Below are positions 53,481 through 64,000 of a DNA stretch of 64,000 nt, piece by piece. The stretch lies in contig NC_087250.1 of NCBI RefSeq assembly GCF_037042905.1, positions 21,206,001-21,270,000 on the forward strand. The letters run 5' to 3'. Position 1 is the first letter of the stretch. The number at the start of each line of letters is the position of its first letter. The notes beneath the pieces were generated by a model that was not told the DNA's origin, did no database searches, and worked only from the letters and a program-made list of their open reading frames with translations. The translations under genes were made by a program, and so were the position numbers. Source of the stretch: Lytechinus pictus. Its lineage: Eukaryota.

Positions 53481-53742
53481 ATCATTTTTATGTAGTTTCC
53501 ATTATACAAACGAGAGTCCTTGTTTGTAAGGAATTTTATTGTTTTCCTTTTCGGTGTATTTATTTTCGGAGAAGAAACAAATAAGAAAGAAAGGAATTGA
53601 AGAAGAAAAATCAGTTTAACGTGTTCTCACAGCATTGAGACTGCATGAAATAAACTTAAACAAATAATCTAATTGTTTCAAATGTGTTTTTTTATCTTCG
53701 TCAGATTTAACATGCCATCTTCTGTGCGTGATTGCTTTGAAG

Positions 53743-53860
53743 ATGCTAACCTCTGAAGACTTGTACGAGTGTTATGTAATAGAATTCCTAAATTATACAA
53801 ATTATTAATGAAGTATAATTAGAATTCTATTTAATAATAAGAAGTACAAGTCGAAGAGGT
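53743..53860. other. DIRS internal complementary region (ICR)
   Basis: 53743-~53784 is the reverse complement of the left terminus (ttctattacataacactcgtacaagtcttcagaggttagcat). ~53783-53860 is the reverse complement of the right terminus 56042-56119. Confidence 0.95.
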
Positions 53861-54177
53861 CCCACCCTTTTCACAATCAGGAAATGTTTTCCTTCTGTTT
53901 CCCCTCCCTTTCATGTCGTACACAGCACAGAAGATGACAAAGTCTGTTTTGTGTGTAATATCTTTATCATGAAAAGAATGCTTTTTTGATTCTCACCATG
54001 AATGAAAGATTGTCTGAGTGTATGCTAAAGTGATTTGATTGTTATGTGAATAAATTCGATACAGTGGGAGTGTTTTCTCTTTGTGAAGGAAGAAAAAAAA
54101 AAAAAAACCCTTCAATCTACTTTGAACGATGAATACCGCACGGACAGCGGGTCCTTTTATAGAGACTCGGGCTCGAT

Positions 54178-55960
54178 GGCAGTTTATAATCACTCGCGTC
54201 GCGTTCTGGTTCGTAAACACTCGCGTTTTGAATTTTTGGCGATTTTTTTTATTTCGGTGCGATTTTTTTTTAACGGTGTCTTCAATGGGACAGACATGCA
54301 GGGAAATTTGAGTTTCGTTTTAAGCCGGCAATTAAAGAATAGAAAACAAGCTTGATCCGCCCCAGACAGCTGGCAGCAGTCTGTTTCGAGGAGTTTTTTT
54401 CAAACATTTTTAATTTTTTTTTAAATTTCTCTGTATTTGGTGAGTGGAGCCAACGGAGTTCAGCGGAACAACCAACATAATAATTAATAGACACAAAGAC
54501 CGAAGCTTTTGGTCAAGATCCGCCCCTGTGGCTGTGCGCGCTCTCACGGTAAAAATTCGCGCGACGATCAAAGCCAAGGTACCGTACCGTCCCGGTGCCT
54601 TCCTGAAAACAGAAGTTGTCGGCTACGTCATTTATCCAGGCCCCTTAAACAACTCCAAGCACGAGGTAACTCAGATTGAGTCAGAAATAATGGATTGGAA
54701 AACAGAAGACATGGCTTCAGGGAGTCACAGTAGGCTGGATACATAAACATAAATAAAACATTGTGATCAACAACAAATATACACTTGTAAATACATTACA
54801 ATACAAATTACAATACAGTGTAGATTTCTTGTCCTTGATAACCCCCAAATTTTTTCATATTTTTCACCCTGCAACGTCCTGCAAGATTAATGAAAATCCA
54901 TTTTACCATTTTTAAATTTTGTTCAGTGCACCATCATTATATAAAAAAACTTATATCACACACACACACAATTATTTGTATAAAGGAACAATTTTGTTGG
55001 TCCCTCGGACTTCTTTATAACCAGAGTGCACTTTACTCCCCCTCCTACTTCTATTTCTTCTCAGTCTTCTTTTTATTCCCATTATTATGTCATCTTATTC
55101 TTCTCCCTGTTCTTCTACTTCTCAATTTCTTCCCTTTCTCCTTAGTGTTCATCTCCCTTCTCACTTCTTCCTTTTCTCTTCTCAGTCTTCCCCTTATTTT
55201 ATCTTCTCTTTCTCTTCTTCTACATCCTCCCCTCAATTTTCTCTTTTTAGTTTCATTTTTACCCCCTTATGTCCTCCATCTTCTTTTTTCTTCTTCTACT
55301 TCTCCTCCTCCTTCCTTCTTGCTTTTCTTCTTCAGCACTTTTTTCCTCCCTGATTTTTACGTTAGTGTAAAATAATTCACAAAGAAAGGGAGAAGCAAAT
55401 AAAAAGTGATATTATGAAATTGTAGCACCTCGCTATGCTTTATAAAGAATACCACAGACTTCAGGAAAATCCTCCAAAGGCAAAGCTAAATCGAGAGTAG
55501 CCTTTCCTCCTTTTTCTTCTTTATTCCTTTTCTCCTTTCTTTCTCCTTTTTTCCTTGCTTCTTTCTTTCTGTCTGTCTTTTTTTTTCTTTCTCTTTTCTC
55601 CCTCTTTCCCTTCCTTTCTCCCCCCTCTCTCTTTTTTTAGGGGGAGCCCCCCCCCCGCTTCCGCCGCCTATGGCTCTAAGATTTAAGATGTGGAATGTGA
55701 TTATGTTAAAACAGTAGTCAAAATTCGCTTGTTATCTTAAAACAGTGGTCGAGAACGTTTTATTTAAGGCACTTACCAGCTTAAAATAAAACGAAACTCG
55801 AATTTCAATTTCATTTTATTTTTCCAGTACGTTTGTCCCATTAAAGACACCGTTAGAAAAAAAATCGCACCGAAAAAAAAAAAATTCGCCAAAAATAAAA
55901 AACGCGTGTGATTACCAACCCGACGCGAGTGATTACGAACGCGAGTGAATATAATAAGCC
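54178..55960. mobile_element. Non-autonomous DNA transposon inserted in the DIRS right ITR
   Basis: 8-bp TSD GGCTCGAT (54170-54177 and 55961-55968), GGC...GCC termini, ~120-bp imperfect TIRs. Removing it restores the reverse complement of the left ITR. Confidence 0.9.
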
Positions 55961-56119
55961 GGCTCGATGCCTCATTTGAATTTTAAATTACTTTGAAATT
56001 CCTTTGTGTGATTCCACTGCCTGAACACCTGGGATATGCTAACCTCTTCGACTTGTACTTCTTATTATTAAATAGAATTCTAATTATACTTCATTAATAA
56101 TTTGTATAATTTAGGAATT

Positions 56120-56700
56120 TTGAAGTATAAGTTGAAAGATTGCAAAAGTCTCAAAAAATGGAAACAAGCGTTTGACTTTGACAACACTATATGGAGGTTC
56201 TACTATCAAATACCTTTTTATTCAACTGCAGATGTCAACATGAGGTAGTTTCAGTTAAAAGTAGTGAATAGAATTATTTATATGAAAGATGTTTTATTAC
56301 AATTTGAATTACATGTAGTTACATATAATTTATGTACTTTTTTATAATAATAACGAAACTATTATGCATATTTTTTGTTCTTGTGCCCACACAAACGAAA
56401 TATGGTCTCAACTCGAAATTTGGTTTTCTCGTAACGATTTGAATATCAAAATTTCAAACCAGAATAAACTATTCGGTTTTTACGGAAACAATAATGGTGC
56501 TCTGAATTGTATCTTTATAATCGTTATCAAAAAAAAAATTTGCAGCAAAATGCAAACATTGTCTTCCAGTTTTCGACCATATTGTGTCTGAAATAAAATC
56601 TAGTTATGGTATGGAAACGTATATATATATATACATATATATATACAAAGTCTGAAAGAGAAGAAATTCATAAAAAGGTGGTCATATTTTACTTTATTAC
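56120..56700 (+). pseudogene. Degenerate L1/Tx1-like LINE ORF2 3' fragment (right part of the DIRS target)
   Basis: ETIMHIFCSC..EIWSQLEIW zinc-knuckle-type C-terminal motif, with stops and frameshifts. Confidence 0.65.
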
Positions 56701-56725
56701 ATTAAGTAAGTTATCATTCCAAAAT

Positions 56726-56793
<68 letters not shown>
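56726..56793. repeat. Compound (CA)n(TA)n(TG)n microsatellite
   Basis: Direct reading; the arrangement is self-complementary. Confidence 0.9.
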
Positions 56794-56794
<1 letters not shown>

Positions 56795-56841
56795 AAGTTA
56801 TACATGTACTACAGCTTTGGCAACTCTTTTATTTAAATATT

Positions 56842-57129
56842 GTGTGAAAGAAATGGTTGAAGAGAACAATGGTAGGCGTAGCTTAAATCAAGGTTCCCCA
56901 GAGCTATCTACCCTTTGGAAAAATTGGTGATGCCGAAAAAATGTCTCTGCCGGGAATCGAACCCGGGTCTAGTGGTTAAGGCATCAGCGTTCAAAGCTGG
57001 GGGCCCGGGTTCGATTCCCGGCAGAGACATTTTTTCGGCATCACCAATTTTTCCAAAGGGTAGATAGCTCTGGGGAACCTTGATTTAAGCTACGCCTACC
57101 ATTGTTCTTTTCAACCATTTCTTTCACAC
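56842..57129. repeat. 126-bp inverted repeat enclosing a tRNA-like core
   Basis: Arms 56842-56967 and 57004-57129 with one mismatch. The 36-nt loop contains tagtggttaagg and an anticodon-like arm; the B box lies in the arms. Confidence 0.9.
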
Positions 57130-58965
57130 TATATATATATATATACACACACAGAAAATTTTACACAAGTTGTGTTAAATTTTACACAACTGTGATGTAC
57201 GTATAGAACTCCACAACAATTGTGTGAAATTTTACCTAACCCCTATTTTGTAAAATATACAAAACTATTATGTAAGAATTTACATTTCTGCAAAGTAAAT
57301 TTTTTACATAATTGCTGTGTAATTTTTTCATTTTGTAAAAAATACACATCTGCGATGTACGTATAGAACTCCACAACAATTGTGTAAAGTTTTACCTAAC
57401 CCCTATTTTGTAAAATATACCAAACTATTATGTAAGAATTAGATTTCAGCTAGGTAAAAATTTTACATACTTGCTGACTAATTTTTTAAATGCATCATTT
57501 TGTTGTAATTTTTCTTCAGTATTCTGTACCCTTTACTCTGTTATTGTGTTCACCCAATAGGTTCTCCATGTACTAGCAGAGTAAAGGGTACAGAATACAG
57601 AAGTAAAATTTACACCAAAATGATTCATTAAAAAAAATACACAGCAGTTATGTAAAGTTTTTACCTTGCTGAAATGTAAATTCTTAAATAATAGTTTGGT
57701 ATATTTTACAAAATAAAACAATTATACAGAAAATCATGTAAAAAAAGAACATATATTGTAATATTATAATGACACAGACAAGAACACATCGATCATTATA
57801 TACATGTAACAACTTTTTTTATATTTATATGTTTATTTAGAAACAAAATTACATGAATTATTTATACAAATAATTATAAGGGATTAGAAAAAATAACTAT
57901 TAATTACAATATTTACAAATAATTAGGATGATTCTATAAAAACAACAACAAGGAATATAAAATGGTGGAAAAAAATTATATATGTACTTTAAGTCATGTT
58001 TTGAAAAACTAGTAGGCCTCCCATGTAAATTGCTGAAAGATGCGGTTGCAATATTTTGAGTAGGAAAAAAAAAGAAAAAAAAATTAAGAGAAAAGAAGAA
58101 AAAGAGGAAGAAAAAGAAAGGGTGAAGGGTAGATAATTGTAAAAATAGCGTTTTTAATCATGTATAAGCCATTTTACCCTGATTTTACCCCTGTTGTTCA
58201 ATTTTCAAAAAATATTATGATGTCACCCCCCCCCCCCTGGAAAGTTCGCCCCTCCTACCAAAACACCCTGGCGCCTCCCCTGGCTATATGGCATGTTATT
58301 GCTTCTACATCCGAACTATTGGAAAAATGCAGGCACCCTACACTTTGGAATTCTCTTTTTGGTGACAAGCTAATGAGTCAAGTATAAAACACCTATTGAA
58401 AATATCAGGTCATTTAATTATTAACGATAATTAGGGCAAACAAACAATCATTATAGATGATGGAAATGAGAGAAGTGTTTTGAAATATACACAGAATAAT
58501 TATATCACATACAGGTGCATTTCTACTCTAGTTTACATACAATTTAACTGCCTTTATAAGTTCACCACCCAGATCAGGCCTTAACCAACTGGGGGGGGGG
58601 GGGGGGGGTGGGGGTCTATTTGATGACCCCCGCCCCCTCAACGATTCACACAATATCTCCATAATGCATAGTGGTCTTGGCACAAGCTTTCATGATTTTT
58701 TTTTAAACAAGTATCGCACAACTTTCAACAGTGTCAACACCAAATTTATCGTGACTGCACATACAGATTTAAGGCCACGATCCTTTGAAAACTTTTCATC
58801 AAGTCAAAAAATGACTAAAAAAAATTATTTTGGGTACAAATTCAATGCAATATTTCTATGTTTCAATAAATCAATATAAAAATTCACTTTTAAAATTCAA
58901 ATGGCTGAAATGACTTAATTTTAGCATAATCATACTTCAATTCAATTATGCTTGCAGAGATCACT

Positions 58966-59630
58966 GCGCATTGTGGAGTTATCACGTGAATCGTTGAGGG
59001 AGGGGGCCACATTGACCCGCCCCCATTGGAATAGGGTTAAACAGTCTACAAGTTGACATTTACTAAGTCAGGTTTGAACAGTCTACAGTTTGACATTTAC
59101 TTTGTCAATTAAAAAACAAAAGCAGTTTAAAAAAATGTTGACATCACTCAACATAGGAACTTCTTTAGAGCAAAAGTTCATTGGAAGAAAACAACTTAAC
59201 AAAATATAAAATTACTTATAATTAAGACCATACTTCATACAACTAAAAACTTTCTGACTTAACCCTAAAAAGACTAGGTTATTTTGGGCCCTGTGAAAAC
59301 TTTTTTTTTTTTGGGGGGGGGGGCATCAAGTGCCACCCCTCCCCATGCGCATTGTGGAGTTATCACGCAGATTGTTGAGGGAGGGGGGCCAAATTGACCC
59401 CCCGCTGCCCCCAAAGGAAAAGGGTTAAACAGTCTACAAGTTGACATTTACTAAGTCAGGTTTGAACAGTCTACAGTTTGACATTTACTTTGTCAATTAA
59501 AAAACAAAAGCAGTTGAAGAAAACAACTTAACAAAATATAATAATTAAGACCTTACTTCATACAACAAACAACTTTCTGACTTAACCCTAAAAAGACTAC
59601 GTTATTTTTTGGGGGGGCATCAAGTGCCCC
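58966..59630 (+). repeat. Local tandem duplication including a GGGTTAA (piggyBac-like) MITE end
   Basis: gcgcattgtggagttatcacg...agggttaaacagtctacaag... occurs at 58966 and again at 59347. Confidence 0.75.
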
Positions 59631-59952
59631 CCCCCCCCGAGATCTCGGCCCAGGATCACTGTGAAACTTTGCAGGTGCGTAAAGCATTGCGTACACTACA
59701 AAACAGTGTCATCACTACTGAAGTTGAAGCGAAACAAAGTATAGTTATTGAATGCGGGCTGCAAACTGGCTTCAGATATCAGATAACGAGTCGACTAAAC
59801 AGTCTACAGTTTGACATTCACTTTGTCAATTAACCGCCCCCCCCCCCTCCAAAAAAAAGAGAAAGTTTAACAAAACATTTATCAACACAGGAACTTCTCT
59901 TAAGCAAAAGTATCTGGAAAGGCAATAAACTTGCTAGCTCACATGAGGACAG

Positions 59953-62847
59953 TTAGATGTTGGTATTCATTATTGACTCATAGGCTGTCTCGAAGATTCT
60001 GAACTCCCTGATCGCACTGCATTTTACAGCTCCTTTCATCTCATAAATGTATGTTTGTAGGAACTCCCACGCACCACAACACTGAGGCTGGTATTCTAGA
60101 TCCAGGACATACACTGCTTTATAGCATGTATCTACGGCTTTCATTAAGCTTCTTTGTTCCAATGCCCGCCTTTCCACAATGATGAAAATTTGCACTGGTT
60201 TAAGGAGAGGCCCAATGACTAGTATGAACGGTTGAGGTCGACTTTCAGGTACAATATCTTCCAGGAACTTGTCTAGTGCAAGGTTTTCCTGAACAGAAGA
60301 ATGAGAGAAAAAGAGAAAAATATTCATGCAAAAGAGGTTCAGAACTGGATTGGCAGGAAATATAATTTTGATAGATAATTCAAGCCAGGATTACCTTAAG
60401 TACAGATCTTCAAATGAAAAAAAATAAAAATCTGAATCAAAATTCATGGAACACACCGTTGACCAAGAGTTACTGACCCTGACCATTGGCTGGTCACATG
60501 ACATGAGGTGGCTATTTTCCCGAAACAAAACATGTTCAAGTTCAAGCATATTTTATCCATTCTTGATCAGGAACTTGCACTACACGTAGTCCTCTTCGCT
60601 GAAAGAAATGACATTTGCTCGATGTGAAGAATGAACTATATGTCGATTTATAAATTCATTATTCATGTCTAGAACAAATCAGGAAGTTGGGACTTTTTTT
60701 ATTGAACACAAGCCATTTTTATGGGTTCGTGATTCATGTTCCTGATTCTGTCTAAGTTTGGGGGGGAGGAGGAAAGCTGCACACTGTCTAAGTGTTTTTA
60801 CCGGGTAATTGCACATAAAGAAATGTTCAATTTACGAGAATCACAAAATCAATTCTTGTGAGAGTGGTTATGAGAATCAAAATTTATTTTCATGGAATTT
60901 GCATTAAACAGTGTGGGTAACCAGATCAGAATCATACATACAATACAAATGTCTCTCGCAAAATTAGAGATTTCTCCTAAGCTGCAACAGAATTGAGCCT
61001 CTGTTGTATCTAGAATCTCCACTATAAGATACACACTTTATAACATGCTAACTAACAGGACCAAACAGCATTACAATTTAAAAAAAAGCAAGCTGACCCA
61101 ACTTACATTTTGGACATCTATGAATCCTAGTTGTGCTTCCCGGGTTGAATATCTGCCCCCTTTCCCCTTTCTTCTACCTGGAAATAGTACTGGTAACAAG
61201 CCAAAGGCTAGATTGTTATTTTGCTCTGAATATAAAGAAATAAAAAAAACAGTAACAAAATCGTTAAAAAACATCTCATTAAAAAATCAGTCTCTTTCCC
61301 CAGATTTATTTCAAAGACACTTCTATTTAACCCTATTCTAACTGGGCATTTTCAGTGCTTGAGATTACTGGGGGGGGGGGGGGGGGTGGGTGTGTCAATT
61401 TGACACTCCCCCCCCCTTAAGACCTTAAGCAAAAAATCTGGTTTCATCACACTCACCCTTTCTTTCTCATTTTTACAGCATTAGCTTGAAGAGTTCAGAG
61501 ACTTATTCTATTGAGTGTTATTCACTTCATTCTAATAATTTTGTCAGTCTTTACAAAAAATATTTACAATTCTTGACTTATTTTCCTTTCATTTAATATT
61601 TTTCTTTTAAGTAAATTAAATTTTAAAGTAAATTTTCTCTCGCACCCCCTTTGAGAACACCACTGAAACTGGTTAAAAACAGCCGATAACTTAAAAATTT
61701 ATTTTCCCCATGGTGTTTGCCGATTTGAAGACACCATTGCAAAAAAATTGGCTCAGCGAGACGCGACGGGCCGCGGCGCGGGGACGCGACCAGAGTGTTT
61801 AGTAATAGCCCGGGGAGCGATGCGAGTGACGCTGTATAGGCCTACGTCCGCGTCCTATTCACTTTCTTTGATATGTGAAATTTATCTGTTCATCATTGAT
61901 TATCTAAAGAAAATGAATCTTGTCCTCAGATCTGCAGATTTATCTTTATTGCAATGCCTGGACTCATATAAAACTTTGGTGTTCGGGTGATGCAAATTAA
62001 GAGCGACCACTAATCCCGGGGGGGGGGCACTCAGTATATAATGCATAGTGGGTATGTGCCGCGGAGGGGACCCCCATTTTTACACTCAAATTTCCGTTCC
62101 AAGGCATAGCATTTTTGTCTTATTGAGAAAAAGAACAAAGAAAGCCGCTCCAAGGCATAGCATTTCCATCTTATCGAGAAAAAAGAAGAAAGAAATCCGC
62201 TCCAAAGCTTCGCATATTTTTCGTTACGCCGTTCCGGTCGCATTGATCTGCTACAATTTTGGTGAAAAGCGGCCGTAGAGCGCTTTTCGGCCATCGCCTA
62301 AGCGCGAGCGCACCCGGCGGAGGCCGCGCTAGCTGCGTCATGCACGATTGCCCGTTCCATAAGGATGCATATACGCCTCACAGAGATACGGAGATCCGTT
62401 CCGAGGACCCCCGTTTTCACAAACATTTGTAGTTCCGAAGCCCGTTCCGAGGACCCTCCTTTTACAATAAGCCCGCTCCAAGGCCCCCGTTTTTTGCCTC
62501 GCCCGCGGCACACCCCTACCACTTTTTTTGTCGAGTGCCCCCCCCCCCCCGGGCCACTAATTTACAACCGCGCTGCAAATAAAGCAAGCGGGGCGAAGGT
62601 TCGCGGTTGGTCATCAACGCGACGCAACGACCGAACACGACAGAACACTACACTGATCTGTGGCTAAAGTCATTAAATTTTAAGTCACCACATTCACGTA
62701 CATGCATATAATTTACCTCTGCAAGAGCTATAACTAGCATCAATCATTTGTTCATGAAATAAAAAAGAAGTTTCTATTCTTACCTTCAAATTTGTCCACA
62801 TAATCCCCAAGCCCCCATCCTCGCAGCACCGTTTCGACGTACGCCAT
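59953..62847 (-). CDS. Spliced SAM/SAMD3-like transposon-associated gene, internally deleted (exons 62847-62784, 61225-61107, 60288-59953)
   Basis: Exon 1 MAYVETVLRGWGLGDYVDKFE resembles the start of a SAM domain (caacATGG context, donor G|GTAAG). The last exon carries QPFILVIG..AVDTCYK..VLDLEY..C..WEFLQ. All junctions are GT-AG and in phase (172 aa). Confidence 0.65.
62015..62553. mobile_element. MITE with CCCGGGG termini
   Basis: TIR cccg(n)cactc; 8-bp TSD CCACTAAT (62007-62014 and 62554-62561). Confidence 0.9.
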
Positions 62848-64000
62848 GTTGCCAGAGTACGGTATTTTGTACTTCAAAATTAAGAACTTCTGAATTTTAC
62901 ACTGCGCGCACGTGTCAATAAAACAAAACACAATTATGTAGAAAAACTAAATACACAATCGCCGTGTATTTCGCATATCAATAAAACAAAACACGATATG
63001 TAAAAAATCTAAGTTCACAATCGCCGTGTATTTCGCTCATATACAAAACACCATTGTGTAAAAAAAATAATAAATCACAATCGCCATTTCGCATAACACG
63101 GATGTGGAAAAACTTTTCCCAATCATCATGTATTTTGGACTCCATTACGATGTAATATTTACCCAAACGAGGTTAAATACCCTTTTTACAATTCACATAT
63201 GTATTTTAAATGCTTACAAACTGGCAAAGTAGACATTTTTTACCAGATCTTACATAGATTGTGTATAATTTATTCTTACATGCTATTTTTTTACTTAACA
63301 TTGGCAATATTTCTGTGAGTGTATATATATCTTGTATGGATTATTTCTTTCGTTTCAACTTTGATTTTTCTTTTTTTATACAAATGTTACGACAATTTCA
63401 TGGAATATTGTACTGTACATATTTAAATTTTGTGTCATATACTGTCTTAATTATTCAATTATGTATTGTCAATTTCAATGTGGAAGGGTTAAAAAGGAAA
63501 AATAAATAAATAAAAGCATATGGAAAACAAAATTATTTGCATTAGCACAATTATTTTCAAAAGCCTTTTCTTACTTGTTTTGGTTGCAACTTGCAGTCAA
63601 ACTCCAGGAACCTTTAGCATGTTTAGTTGAGACTGGCCTCCGCTGCCACTACCGTAGATAATAGCATTAAGATGATTTAAGTCAACTTGGCGGGTAACTT
63701 GGATATGTTATTTTAAAACAATATTTTGGAGAGTATTCACCAGAAATGGAGAAAGACAATGTTGATTTCAACGTATTATTACATTATCCTTCTCCCGTAA
63801 GATCCATTCAAGACTGAATTGTTGGTAGCATTTCTTGTCAAAATAGGCAACTTTGATACCATCGATGTGTTCGAATCATCAGCTAGGGCTTGAAATGACT
63901 GTAAAATATTTTACTTAATACACGGCATTTCTTCCAGTTTGCTCAAGTGTACTAATCAACCAATCAAAATGAACCATTTATTCTACCAAATATAGACATG

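Larger units (their letters stand above)
49336..56119 (+). mobile_element. DIRS1-type tyrosine-recombinase retrotransposon, full length
   Basis: Left ITR 49336-49494; right ITR 54128-54177 plus 55961-~56048, followed by a right extension to 56119; ICR 53743-53860; gag-like, RT/RNaseH/MT and YR coding regions; no TSD. Confidence 0.95.
57146..63321. mobile_element. CAC-ended, TA-flanked element (EnSpm/CACTA-like derivative)
   Basis: cacacacagaaa / tttctgtgagtg short TIRs, TA on both sides, subterminal tttacaca-rich repeats; contains SAMD3-like exons. Confidence 0.6.

Overview
AT-rich, intron- and repeat-rich animal genomic DNA, most likely an echinoderm (sea urchin). This is inferred from the DEATH-NACHT-LRR gene architecture and the repeat landscape, not from a database match. 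There are no prokaryotic operons, rRNA genes or CRISPR arrays. Main contents: (1) a minus-strand NOD-like receptor gene with four in-phase coding exons (26854-26575 death domain, 25404-25366 linker, 19992-18422 NACHT, 11279-10762 LRR; 3' end unresolved), carrying three different multi-kb foldback transposons, one of which is a 3.76-kb hairpin with a 9-nt loop; (2) a full-length DIRS1-type tyrosine-recombinase retrotransposon (49336-56119) with ITRs and ICR, inserted into a dead L1/Tx1-like LINE, its right ITR split by a 1.8-kb DNA transposon; its apparent 947-aa RT-RNaseH-MT-YR fusion is best explained by one extra C, and a candidate -1 frameshift site sits at the gag/pol junction; (3) a CAC-ended, TA-flanked element (57146-63321) with a spliceable, internally deleted SAM/SAMD3-like gene; (4) many nested MITEs, SINEs and LINE fragments. 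Superfamily names are inferred from terminal motifs and TSD lengths only.
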